A stretch of DNA of 33,341 nucleotides from Candidatus Eiseniibacteriota bacterium (GTDB taxonomy: Bacteria; Orphanbacterota; Orphanbacteria; Orphanbacterales; Orphanbacteraceae). Of this stretch, positions 17,676-25,997 are shown one piece after another; the stretch's first letter is position 1, and every line of letters starts with the position of its first letter. The DNA is taken from positions 1 through 33,341 of the forward strand of contig JBDROZ010000095.1 of NCBI GenBank assembly GCA_043809585.1. Direction: 5' to 3'. The notes below the pieces were generated by a model that saw nothing but the letters and a program-made list of their open reading frames with translations, did not search any database and was not told the origin of the DNA. The position numbers and the translations under genes were made by a program.

Positions 17676-18716
17676 CTACACGAAGATTCCTTCCCGGTTC
17701 AAAGAGAGGAAGCAGAGGAGCGGCTCGGTGAGGTTTCCGATCTCTTTCTCCGGTTCCTTCGGATTGAAGAGATGGAAGGGATCGACCAAGTGGCGGGGGT
17801 TCACCAGGCGCGGTCCGGCCCGGAGGATCTCCACGGTGATCGCCCGGGTCCCGTACGTCTCGTGGAGGTAGTCGGACTCGGTGCCCCGCGTGAGAAAGAA
17901 GGGGGCCTGGCGACCCATCTGCTTCGCCCGGTAGCCGTAGGCCGGTTGGTGGTCGATCAGGGTCTGGCCGAGGTTCCGGTACCACTCGTCGTGGCGGGAG
18001 CGGCGCCGGGTCCCCCCGTAGGGGAAAAGGAAGCGCCCCCCGAAGGAGTGGAGGGAGAGGGCGTAGTCGAAGCGGTTCTCTTGAAGATGGGACCGAAGCG
18101 CCGCGGTCTCGGGCTCGCTGAACGGCCGGTGTCCCGGATAGTAGAATCGCCGGAGGGCCCGGTGCCAGAAATAGCGCCGGGAAAAGAAGGCGCTGAAGTT
18201 CCGGTTCAAGTCGACGCCCCGCCCGTTCCTTCTCCGGAGCCGGGGCCGCCCCCGCGCGAGATCCCGCTCCACCTCCAGGTATCCGTCCGGATTCAAGACA
18301 GGCACGAAGTGGACTTCCCGCTCGTGAAGCAGGGGGTTCTGCTTCATGTTGGCGGTGAACCGGTCGAGAAGGTGGATGTTGGTCTCGGCGCCGATGAACT
18401 CGATCGAGTGAATGAGGGACGTGACGAGAAAGCGGACCGGCTCCGCGGAGGTCTCCGACACGTTGACCGCCTGGAAGAGCCAGATCGGTTCTCCCCCGAC
18501 GCTCGTGCCTATCTGAACCGGGAAGATGTGCCGGGGGTACCGCTTCAAGAGCCGGTCGATCTGGATGAAGATCTCCCGGTAGGTGTGGTACGGGCCGTAC
18601 CGCTTCGTGTCGAAGGTGGTCCCGTACTTCTCGTCTTTCAGGAGCCGGTCGTAAAAGCTCCGCCAGCTTCTCCGGTAAGGTGGTTTCGCCATGGTCCTCC
18701 GCCGTTCACTCTCCAC
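17676..18716 (-). CDS. M14-family zinc carboxypeptidase
   Basis: Motifs HSIEF (Zn-binding HxxE), NPDGY, VDLNRNF and SLHSFG. An alternative start MAKPPY at 18692 is possible. TAG stop. Confidence 0.8.
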   Translation of the reverse strand: MESERRRTMAKPPYRRSWRSFYDRLLKDEKYGTTFDTKRYGPYHTYREIFIQIDRLLKRYPRHIFPVQIGTSVGGEPIWLFQAVNVSETSAEPVRFLVTSLIHSIEFIGAETNIHLLDRFTANMKQNPLLHEREVHFVPVLNPDGYLEVERDLARGRPRLRRRNGRGVDLNRNFSAFFSRRYFWHRALRRFYYPGHRPFSEPETAALRSHLQENRFDYALSLHSFGGRFLFPYGGTRRRSRHDEWYRNLGQTLIDHQPAYGYRAKQMGRQAPFFLTRGTESDYLHETYGTRAITVEILRAGPRLVNPRHLVDPFHLFNPKEPEKEIGNLTEPLLCFLSLNREGIFV

Positions 18717-18876
18717 CGCTTACCATAATGGATGGAGGCGGCCGGTGTAAAGCTCCTTCCCCCCGGCTCTTGCGCGCCTCCCTGCGGTTCGATTCCCCAT
18801 TGAATAGTCCGCCCCCTCTTGAGGTATGCTGCAAGGGAACGGCGGGATGTCCGCTCGGGGAGAACGCGAACCGGCG

Positions 18877-19452
18877 ATGGAAAGACGGGATGAGCAGGAG
18901 TGGATCGCCCGCTGCCGGGCGGGGGACCGGGACGCCTTCGCTCCGATCGTGGAGGCGTACAAGCGGCGCGCCTACTTCACCGCCCTCGGACTGGTCGGGG
19001 ACCGGGAGGAGGCGTACGACCTCTCCCAGGAGGCCTTCGTCCGGGCTTTTCGGGCGATCCGGCGCTTCGACAACTCCCGGGAGTTCGCCCCCTGGTTCTT
19101 CCGGATCTTGCGCAATCTGTGCGCGTCGTCCCTCTCCCGCAGGAGCGCCCGGAAGACCGATTCCCTCGACGAAATGCAGGAGGGGGGGCGGGATTTTCCC
19201 GCGGGCGACCGCTACCGGCCCGACCTCCTCGCCGAACGGGACGAAACGGTGGAGAGGGTCTGGCGGGGCCTCGCCTCCCTCGACCGGAAGAGCAGGGAGG
19301 TGATCGTCTTGAAAGATCTCCAGGATTACCGCTACCGGGAGATCGCGGAGATCTTGGAGATTCCGATCGGGACGGTGATGTCCCGGCTCTTTCACGCGCG
19401 GCAGAAACTGAAAACCAAGCTCTCGGAGGAGGAGAAGCCTCTTGCGGTGTGA
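18877..19452 (+). CDS. ECF-family RNA polymerase sigma-70 factor
   Basis: Region 2, IARCRAGDRDAFAPIVEAYKRRAYFTALGLVGDREEAYDLSQEAFVRAF, and region 4, LKDLQDYRYREIAEILEIPIGTVMSRLFHARQKLK. The ORF is open from 18826. In-frame ATGs at 18826, 18847 and 18877. 18877 gives the typical ECF N-terminus. Confidence 0.85.
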   Translation: MERRDEQEWIARCRAGDRDAFAPIVEAYKRRAYFTALGLVGDREEAYDLSQEAFVRAFRAIRRFDNSREFAPWFFRILRNLCASSLSRRSARKTDSLDEMQEGGRDFPAGDRYRPDLLAERDETVERVWRGLASLDRKSREVIVLKDLQDYRYREIAEILEIPIGTVMSRLFHARQKLKTKLSEEEKPLAV

Positions 19453-19888
19453 GGACTTCCCGGGGCTGTCCATGGCCTGGCTGGACGACGAGATGGAGGC
19501 GGACGAGCGGCGCTCCTTCGAGGAGCACCTCCGGAACTGTCCCGCCTGCCGCGCGGAACTCGAATTGCTACGGGGGGTAAAGGAAGTGACGATCCGGATG
19601 AAGCTGGCCGATCTGGAAGATCGGGAGTGGCGCCGGTACGGAACCCACGTCTACAACAGAATCGAGCGGGGGACCGGTTGGGTGCTGCTCTCGCTCGGCG
19701 CCATCGTAACGCTCGGCTACGGGATGTGGGGGGCCTTCGCGGATCTCCTCCGGGACGATTCGCTCCCGGTGGTCGTCCGCGCCGGAATTGGATGCGCCCT
19801 CCTGGGGGTCGTGATACTCTTCGTCGGCGTGGTCCGGCAGAGGCTCCATTCCTGGCGCCGTGACCCGTACCGGGGGGTGGAACGATGA
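19442..19888 (+). CDS. anti-sigma factor, zinc-finger (ZAS-like HxxxCxxC) with a C-terminal TM segment
   Basis: EEHLRNCPACRAELELL motif. Two C-terminal hydrophobic helices. GTG start overlaps the sigma gene stop. Stop overlaps the next start (ATGA). Confidence 0.7.
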   Translation: MRCEDFPGLSMAWLDDEMEADERRSFEEHLRNCPACRAELELLRGVKEVTIRMKLADLEDREWRRYGTHVYNRIERGTGWVLLSLGAIVTLGYGMWGAFADLLRDDSLPVVVRAGIGCALLGVVILFVGVVRQRLHSWRRDPYRGVER

Positions 19889-20211
19889 TTCTGGTCACCA
19901 TGGACGACGCGGCCGGATACCGGGTGGTCGAGGTTCTCGGGCTCGTCCGGGGGAACACGGTCCGGGCGAGGGACATCGGCCGGGACATCCTCGCGGGGTT
20001 CCGAAACATCACGGGCGGCGAAGTCCCGGAGTACACCAAGCTGCTCGCCGAGGCCCGGGAGCAGGCGATCGACCGAATGGCGTCGGAGGCCGACCGGCTC
20101 GGCGCAGATGGGGTGTTCGCGATCCGCATGTCGACCGCGGAAGTGATGAAGGGAGCCGCGGAGATCGTGGCCTACGGCACGGCGGTCCGGCTCGAGAAGA
20201 CCGGTTCATGA
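19885..20211 (+). CDS. YbjQ/UPF0145 (DUF74) family protein
   Basis: MILVTMDDAAGYRVVEVLGLVRGNTVRARDIGRDILAGFRNITGGEV...AIDRM...GADGVFAIRMSTAEVMKGAAEIVAYGTAVRL is a full-length match to the family. Confidence 0.8.
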   Translation: MILVTMDDAAGYRVVEVLGLVRGNTVRARDIGRDILAGFRNITGGEVPEYTKLLAEAREQAIDRMASEADRLGADGVFAIRMSTAEVMKGAAEIVAYGTAVRLEKTGS

Positions 20212-20231
20212 CCCTGAGAAGGGAGTTCCCG

Positions 20232-20837
20232 ATGCGGAAGACGTTCGTGCTCCTCTTCGCGCTCGCGCCGTGGCTCGCCCCCTCCTCCGCCTCGGCCCGG
20301 CTCCACGTCGATCTCGGCGACCCGGCCGCCCACCAGTTCACCGTGACCTACCGTTTCGTGGACAGCGACATGGGGAGCCAGTCGATGGACGTCCTCCCCT
20401 ACGAGGCGGAAATCGAGATCGTCGAAGTGGTCCCCGACAAGGGGGGGCGCCCCCTCGAGTGGGAGCCTATCGAAGGCGCGAAGAAGGGGGACCCGAAGAT
20501 CCGCATCAAGTACCCCCAGACGATCAAGCCGGGAGAGCGGTTCGCCTTCCGCATGGTCGCGAAGCTGACCGACGAAAACGCCTACTTCGAGGACACGGCG
20601 AAGCTGAACTTCCTTTACCGTACGGGGCACGAAACCAGCGTGAGCCTTCCCCGGGCGTTCTATCCGATTTACTCGGACGAGGCGATGGAGCTGATCCAGG
20701 AGAACGAGCGGGTCGTTCTCTCCTCCAAGGGGGGGAAGGTCCGTCCTATCGTGATCTTCGCCGTGCGGTGCGGTCCCGGGGGCCCTTCCCGGGCGCCGGA
20801 CAACATCTCCACGGCCCCGGAGGGGGCGGGGGACTGA
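20232..20837 (+). CDS. secreted hypothetical protein (signal peptide; no recognisable domain)
   Basis: MRKTFVLLFALAPWLAPSSASA signal peptide with a GAAGGGA RBS 8 nt upstream. An alternative ATG at 20208 overlaps the ybjQ stop. Coding-like GC3. Confidence 0.55.
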   Translation: MRKTFVLLFALAPWLAPSSASARLHVDLGDPAAHQFTVTYRFVDSDMGSQSMDVLPYEAEIEIVEVVPDKGGRPLEWEPIEGAKKGDPKIRIKYPQTIKPGERFAFRMVAKLTDENAYFEDTAKLNFLYRTGHETSVSLPRAFYPIYSDEAMELIQENERVVLSSKGGKVRPIVIFAVRCGPGGPSRAPDNISTAPEGAGD

Positions 20838-20949
20838 TCGGATCCTTAGATTCTGTCGCTATGGACCCCATTCTCCAAGTTAGCCATGAGATTCCGTAGC
20901 GAGGTTTCGGATCGCGAACCGGAACCACAGCAGGAATCTCATGGCTGGT

Positions 20950-22098
20950 TCAGGCTGGGCTTCCGTTCGCGGAGGGGGGGCGGCCCTTCCTCTTCGAGAG
21001 GGCCCGCCGTACTTTGAGCCGCCCGTACTCGGCGGCCACCTTCGGCAGCATCCGGGGGGTGAAGAGGATGTTGTTGGTCATGAAGCACTCGAAGGTGCAG
21101 TAGCACTTCGTCTCCCGGATCATGCGGCGGACCTCCTCGGTCCGTTCGGAAAACCAGATCTTCCGGAAGTCGTAATCCGTCTCGCGCAGGTTGCCGAGGG
21201 GCTCCTCGAGGATCTCGCACGGGTAGACGTCGCCGCCCGCGTAGATCACGCCGGAGAGGTTCGCCGCGTAGCAGGGGACCTGGTAGCCCTTCTCGCCCTT
21301 CACGATCCGCGTGATCATGTCCTGGCGGACGTTCTTCATCGCGTTGATCACGTCGGAGCCCGGGTAGTCGTGATACCCGTCCAGGCCGTCCGTCTCCGTC
21401 TCCTCCCGGAGGCGGTTCACCCACTTCTCGTAGGTGCCGGCGTCCACGCCCAAGGCTCTCTCGGCCCGCGCCCCCTTCCGGGCGATCAGGTTGTTCACGT
21501 TCCGGACGCCGTGTTTCTCCCGCATCACCGTGGTCACCTCCATCGCTTTGTCCTGGTTGAAGGAGGACATGGTGGTGCAGATGTTGGCGTTGAAGTTCCG
21601 GTGCTCCTCTTCGAGCTTCTGCAGCTCTTTCAGCGTCCAGAGGCACTTGTCGAAGAGGCCGGGGATGGCGCGGAGACGGTCGTGCTCCTCGCCGAGGGCG
21701 TCGATGGAGACGTCGACGGCGAAGTCCACGCCCGGGTTCTCCCGGAGCATGACGCGGACCTGGTCGATCACCTTGGTCGTGAGCGAGCCGTTCGTCGGGA
21801 TGCCCACGTTCCGGACGTCGTTGTTCCGGCAGAAGATTCTCACGATCTCCGAGAGGTCGTCGCGGAGGAACGGCTCGCCGCCGGTGGGGAGGAGGAAGAG
21901 GATGTCGCCCATGGAACGGGAGGTCTTGTCGTATTCGTCGACGGTCATCTCCCGGGTGGTGGAGATCACCTGTCCGAGGAGGCAGTGGCCGCAGTGGGCG
22001 TTGCAGACGTCGGTGACGAACAGAATGATGTAGTGGGGGTCGGCGTTCCGTTTCCGGAAGACGCGTTTTCCGTACTTGGCGTATCCGAGAAAGCTCAC
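20950..22098 (-). CDS. radical SAM enzyme with C-terminal SPASM/twitch-type auxiliary cluster domain
   Basis: CNAHCGHC (CxxxCxxC) and GGEPFL. C-terminal CYAANLSGVIYAGGDVYPC (CX12GX4C) followed by CYCTFEC. GTG start 4 nt after the upstream gene stop. TGA stop. Confidence 0.8.
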   Translation of the reverse strand: MSFLGYAKYGKRVFRKRNADPHYIILFVTDVCNAHCGHCLLGQVISTTREMTVDEYDKTSRSMGDILFLLPTGGEPFLRDDLSEIVRIFCRNNDVRNVGIPTNGSLTTKVIDQVRVMLRENPGVDFAVDVSIDALGEEHDRLRAIPGLFDKCLWTLKELQKLEEEHRNFNANICTTMSSFNQDKAMEVTTVMREKHGVRNVNNLIARKGARAERALGVDAGTYEKWVNRLREETETDGLDGYHDYPGSDVINAMKNVRQDMITRIVKGEKGYQVPCYAANLSGVIYAGGDVYPCEILEEPLGNLRETDYDFRKIWFSERTEEVRRMIRETKCYCTFECFMTNNILFTPRMLPKVAAEYGRLKVRRALSKRKGRPPSANGSPA

Positions 22099-22102
22099 CG
22101 CC

Positions 22103-23578
22103 CTACCCCCGCTCTCCGGGATCGCTCCGGCTCCCCCCCTTGCCGCCCTTCTTCTTGACCGACATGGCCTCCACGAAGCTCTTGAAGCCGTACAGTTTTC
22201 TCTTCACGTCGCCGACGCCCCGGATCGTGGCGGCCATCTTCGCGATCTGCTTCGGCCGGAGGTAGAACTCCTTGAGGCCCTGGTCGATGAGGGCGTCGAT
22301 CCTCTCCTTCGGCAACTCGGGATAGTCGACGACGGTCACCTGCTCCTCGTTCTCGCCCAGATACTCGCTCCAGTCTTTCGGGATCAGGTGGCCGTTCTTC
22401 TTCGCCCAGTCGTACAGCTCCGTCCCCGGATAGGCGGCGATGCCGGAGATCTGGATCGTGTCGAGGGGGAGGGACTTGGCGAAGTCGATCGTCTTCCGGG
22501 CCGACCGCTCCGTCTCTCCCGGCGCGCCGATCATGAAGCACCCGTGCAGGGTGAAGCCGAGGTCCGCCGCGTCGTGGGCGAACTCGACGGTCCGCTCCAG
22601 ATTGGTCCCCTTCTTCACCGCGTCCAGGGCCTCCTGGGTGCCGAACTCGAAGCCGATCATCAGCATCCGGCATCCGGCCCTCTGCATGAGTTGCAGGAGG
22701 TCCCGCTTCACGTCGGTCCTGACGTTGCACGACCAGCGGAGCCTCGTGTCGAGCCGCCGTCCCAGGATCTCCCGGCAGACGCCCTCCACGTGCTCCCGGT
22801 TCGCCGTGAACGTGTCGGTCTCGATCATCACCTCCCGGAGGTTCGGGAAGAGGGAGAGATCGTATTCCATCTCGTCCACCACCAGCTTCGGGTCCCGGTA
22901 GCGGTTTTCGTGGCCGTACATCAGCTGAGGATCCCGGCAGAAGGTGCACCGGGCGAAGCAGCCCCGGCCCGAGAGGAGGGTGAGGAAGGGATGGAGCTTT
23001 CCCCCGTCGTAGTACCAGTCGGGATCGATGTGGTGCCACGCGGGGAAGGGGAGTTCGTTCACGTCGATGAACGGGCGGGGGGGCGTACGGACCATCATCC
23101 CGCCCCCGCCGAGGAATGAGAGCCCCCGGGTCGACGCGGGGTCCGATCCGCCGATCAGCTCCCGCAGGGTGTAGTCGTACTCGCCGAGGGCGATGAAGTC
23201 GAGGGCCCCCTTCGCCCGCTCGAAGGTCTCTTCCGGGACGGCGGTCACGTGCTGCCCGACGAGGACCGTCTTGGCGCCGGCCGTCTCCTTCGCGAGGGCG
23301 CAGTAGGCGAGGTCGTTGTCGATGGAGGGGGTGGCGGCGTGCATGACCACCCACTCGGGGGGCTCCTGCCGGAAGAGCCTCTCGGTCCTCTCCCGGTCCC
23401 AGTTCTGGGCGCAGGCGTCAACGAGCTTCGCGTCCAGCCCGGCCTTCTCCAGAACCGCCGTCGCCACGGCGATGTAGTCCGGGTGACGTTGGACCCGGCC
23501 CCGGGAGCGGGCGTCCCATCTCGCGGAGCGCACGAAGTCTTTCACGAAGGGGGGGTTCAGCATCAGGACATTCGCCAT
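22103..23578 (-). CDS. B12-binding-domain radical SAM enzyme (COG1032-type, class B)
   Basis: N-terminal cobalamin-binding-like domain (MANVLMLNPPF...VLVGQHVTAVPEE). Radical SAM core CFARCTFC. ATG at 23578. TAG stop. Confidence 0.8.
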   Translation of the reverse strand: MANVLMLNPPFVKDFVRSARWDARSRGRVQRHPDYIAVATAVLEKAGLDAKLVDACAQNWDRERTERLFRQEPPEWVVMHAATPSIDNDLAYCALAKETAGAKTVLVGQHVTAVPEETFERAKGALDFIALGEYDYTLRELIGGSDPASTRGLSFLGGGGMMVRTPPRPFIDVNELPFPAWHHIDPDWYYDGGKLHPFLTLLSGRGCFARCTFCRDPQLMYGHENRYRDPKLVVDEMEYDLSLFPNLREVMIETDTFTANREHVEGVCREILGRRLDTRLRWSCNVRTDVKRDLLQLMQRAGCRMLMIGFEFGTQEALDAVKKGTNLERTVEFAHDAADLGFTLHGCFMIGAPGETERSARKTIDFAKSLPLDTIQISGIAAYPGTELYDWAKKNGHLIPKDWSEYLGENEEQVTVVDYPELPKERIDALIDQGLKEFYLRPKQIAKMAATIRGVGDVKRKLYGFKSFVEAMSVKKKGGKGGSRSDPGERG

Positions 23579-23665
23579 GATCCGGTCCTTCTCCCGGCGG
23601 GATCCGAGGAAGAGCGAGGGGGGAATGGCGGCCGCGCCGGCCCGCTGGTTCTCTGAAACACCCTT

Positions 23666-23694
23666 ATTTTACTGGAGTTACAGGGCTATGTCAA
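23666..23694 (-). promoter_or_regulatory. near-consensus sigma70 promoter (TTGACA-17-TAAAAT) for the radical SAM operon
   Basis: Minus-strand reading cCTTGACAtagccctgtaactccagTAAAATaag, about 90 nt upstream of the ATG at 23578. Striking in a 70% GC genome. Confidence 0.5.
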
Positions 23695-23775
23695 GGTCTC
23701 TCCCGCCCGACTCCGGCCGGCGTGTCTCTTGAAGATAGTCACCCCTCCGGATCCCGTCCACAGTCCTGGTGAAGG

Positions 23776-23803
23776 GGGGAACATCTTGCGGGCCGGGCCG
23801 AGA
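23776..23803 (+). promoter_or_regulatory. candidate sigma70-like promoter (TTGCGG-16-TATACT) for nfuA
   Basis: Lies 100 nt upstream of the nfuA start, in the divergent intergenic region. Confidence 0.35.
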
Positions 23804-23902
23804 CGAGTATACTAAGAGATAGAGACCATCCCTCTTTTCTTCTTGATCACGAGCGAGCGAAGAGGACCGAACCGAAGCCTCACCGAAAACGGGAGCGAAT
23901 CG

Positions 23903-24490
23903 ATGATCATCTTCACGGACGCGGCGCGGGAGCGAGTTCTCGCGGTGATGGAAGCCCAAGGAAAGACGGACCACGGAATCCGCGTGCGGATCGCGGGCCG
24001 CGGGTCGAGCGGATACCGGCACGAGCTCTCCTTCGTCGAGCCGGGGACGGAGCGGGAGGAGGACGGGGTGGTCGAGATCGAGGGCTTCAAGGTCTACGTC
24101 GACACCCAATCGGCCGCTCTCGTGAAAGACACGAAGGTCGACTACGTGGAGGACGCCGCGGGGGGCGGCTTCGTCTTCGACAACCCGAACGAGGTGACCT
24201 TCTCGGACCCGGACAAGGGGAAGGCGGTCCAGGATCTGGTGGAGAGTTCCATCAACCCGGCCCTCGCCAACCACGGCGGTTTCGTAGAACTCCTCGACGT
24301 GAAGGACGGGAACGTCTTCGTCCGTCTCGGCGGCGGTTGCCAGGGGTGCGGGATGGTGGACGTCACTCTGAAACAGGGGATCGAACGAATCATCAAGGAG
24401 AAGGTGGAGGGGATCGACGCCGTGATCGACACGACCGATCACGCGGGCGGGAACAACCCCTACTACCAGCCCTCCCATCATCACGGATAG
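23903..24490 (+). CDS. nfuA: Fe-S cluster biogenesis protein NfuA (degenerate A-type carrier domain + Nfu domain)
   Basis: N-terminal IscA-like fold without the Cys ligands (RIAGRGSSGYRHELSF). C-terminal Nfu domain with GGGCQGCGMVDVTLKQGIE. The ORF is open from 23843; the ATG at 23903 has a GGGAG RBS. TAG stop. Confidence 0.85.
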   Translation: MIIFTDAARERVLAVMEAQGKTDHGIRVRIAGRGSSGYRHELSFVEPGTEREEDGVVEIEGFKVYVDTQSAALVKDTKVDYVEDAAGGGFVFDNPNEVTFSDPDKGKAVQDLVESSINPALANHGGFVELLDVKDGNVFVRLGGGCQGCGMVDVTLKQGIERIIKEKVEGIDAVIDTTDHAGGNNPYYQPSHHHG

Positions 24491-24518
24491 ACAGGCTTCG
24501 AAAAGACGGCGATCGACG

Positions 24519-24546
24519 GGCGCGGCCCCCGGCCGCGCCTTTTTTC
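24519..24546 (+). terminator. rho-independent terminator of nfuA
   Basis: GGCGCGGCC-CCC-GGCCGCGCC followed by TTTTTTCT, 30 nt after the stop. Confidence 0.7.
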
Positions 24547-24644
24547 TGCCCGACTATTCGTACCGGCTTCGGAGCGAGTGGTCTCGTGCCCCTCGGGGGG
24601 CGCCGTTCCCTGCGTCTCGAATCATCGGGGGGTGTAAACTTGCT

Positions 24645-24673
24645 TTACAAAGCCCGGGGGGATGGTGTATGAT
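24645..24673 (+). promoter_or_regulatory. candidate sigma70 promoter (TTACAA-17-TATGAT)
   Basis: Lies immediately upstream of the small-ORF leader. The in-frame ATG at 24662 sits inside the -10 element, so it is not the start. Confidence 0.4.
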
Positions 24674-24721
24674 CCAAACTGTCACCCGGTACCACACCGA
24701 GAGAGCAAAGGAGGCCTGGAC

Positions 24722-25057
24722 TTGGAGCGCGGGAACCATGCCCTCCCCTCCCGCGAGACGCCCCTCCTCGACCGCCCCGTGACCCGCCCGGTCTGGGGCG
24801 TGAGGCAGCGATCCCGTACGCACCGGCCCCGATGGGTTCCCATCTTCTTCTACGTCGTTCTGTTTCTTCTCAACGTTTCCGTGCTCGCCCTCTTCGCCGG
24901 CGGCGATCTCGGGCTCGGAGTCGCGCATCTCTTCCAGAAGGTGTCGCCCGGGGGCGGGACGGACGCCGAGGCGGCGATCCGACTCCAGTACCCGCCCGGG
25001 GAAAACTGGGGGAACCGCGAAGGCGTCACCCCCCAGCCCATGCCGAACGGGCGCTGA
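24722..25057 (+). CDS. small hypothetical membrane protein (one TM helix), TTG start
   Basis: AAAGGAGG RBS 7 nt upstream of the TTG at 24722. GC3 is about 88% in this frame. TM segment WVPIFFYVVLFLLNVSVLALFAGG. No homolog recognised. Confidence 0.4.
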   Translation: MERGNHALPSRETPLLDRPVTRPVWGVRQRSRTHRPRWVPIFFYVVLFLLNVSVLALFAGGDLGLGVAHLFQKVSPGGGTDAEAAIRLQYPPGENWGNREGVTPQPMPNGR

Positions 25058-25067
25058 GATCCCGAGT

Positions 25068-25168
25068 CCGGGGGACACAATATCGGAACGGAGTTAAGTT
25101 TTGTGTCCCCCGGATTCCTACGATTCCGCCTTCGATACACCGGCCAGCTTGGCTGGCCGGCACTCAGG
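25068..25168 (-). repeat. composite repeat: M3 perfect hairpin (25068-25112) + REP-like M2a unit (25129-25168), downstream of thyX
   Basis: CCGGGGGACACAA-20 nt-UUGUGUCCCCCGG is a 13-bp perfect stem. Minus strand reads CCUGAGUGCCGGCCAGC-CAAG-CUGGCCGGUGUAUCGAAGG. This is the same architecture as 32608-32686. Confidence 0.65.
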
Positions 25169-25319
25169 GTGAACGGTGGAGGCAAGCGCGGCACAAACAA
25201 CCGCCTGCGATCGAGATCACGATTAGGCGGACACGCTTTCTCCCCCCTGAGCGGCAGTCTTCGCTGATTGCCTGCAACCACGGACAGGCCCCGCCCGTAC
25301 TCGACCTGCCCGCTGCCTT

Positions 25320-25997
25320 CTACCCCCCCCCGTCGATCTTCACGATCTCGTCGAAGGCATTCGCCGTCCAGGGCATCTTCTCGCGGAAGATCTCCCGGAT
25401 GACGTTCGCGTAACAGCGGATCTCGTGCTGGGCGTGGAGGTCCGAGCGGAGCTTGATGAAGTTCATCAGGGACCGGGCGTTCACGGACCAGTAGAACTGG
25501 GTGTACATGTTGAGGGGGAGGACGATCCGCGCGAGCTCCTTCGCCGCCCCCTCCTCGAGGAGCGCCCGGTAGGCGGCGAGGGCCCGCTTCGTTTCCTCCC
25601 GGATCCGGCCGGCGAAGGCCCGGTGCTCCTCCTCGGAAACGTCCGCGAGCACCGAGCCCTGCTTGTTCACCTTCTCCCGGACCCGCTTCTTCTCCGGGAC
25701 GTAGAACTCCTCGTCGTCGAAGACCGTGTACCGCCCCGAGATCTCGTTGAAGCTCGACCAGCGGTGGCGGAACCACTGGCGGGCGACGAAGAGGGGGCAC
25801 TTCACGTGAAACTGGAAGACCGACTGTTCGAAGGGGGTCTCATGGCCGTGGGAGAGGAGATACCGGATCAGCTTCCGGTCCTTCTCCTCCCCCTTGCTTT
25901 CCTGGCCGAAGGAAACGCGGGCCGACTGGACGACCATGAAGTCACCCCCCATGAAGTCGACCAGCCGGATGAACCCGCGATCCAGGACTTTCCGCAT
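25320..25997 (-). CDS. thyX: flavin-dependent thymidylate synthase ThyX
   Basis: ThyX signature RHRWSSFNEISGRY. 225 aa. The ATG overlaps the stop of the upstream aldehyde dehydrogenase gene by 1 nt. TAG stop. Confidence 0.9.
   Translation of the reverse strand: MRKVLDRGFIRLVDFMGGDFMVVQSARVSFGQESKGEEKDRKLIRYLLSHGHETPFEQSVFQFHVKCPLFVARQWFRHRWSSFNEISGRYTVFDDEEFYVPEKKRVREKVNKQGSVLADVSEEEHRAFAGRIREETKRALAAYRALLEEGAAKELARIVLPLNMYTQFYWSVNARSLMNFIKLRSDLHAQHEIRCYANVIREIFREKMPWTANAFDEIVKIDGGG

Noticed and set aside
20950-22098. The SPASM radical SAM as anaerobic sulfatase-maturating enzyme for the sulfatase-like gene at 2438-4351
   Set aside because: The sulfatase-like protein lacks the C/S-x-P-x-R formylglycine motif, and the two genes are 17 kb apart in different operons.
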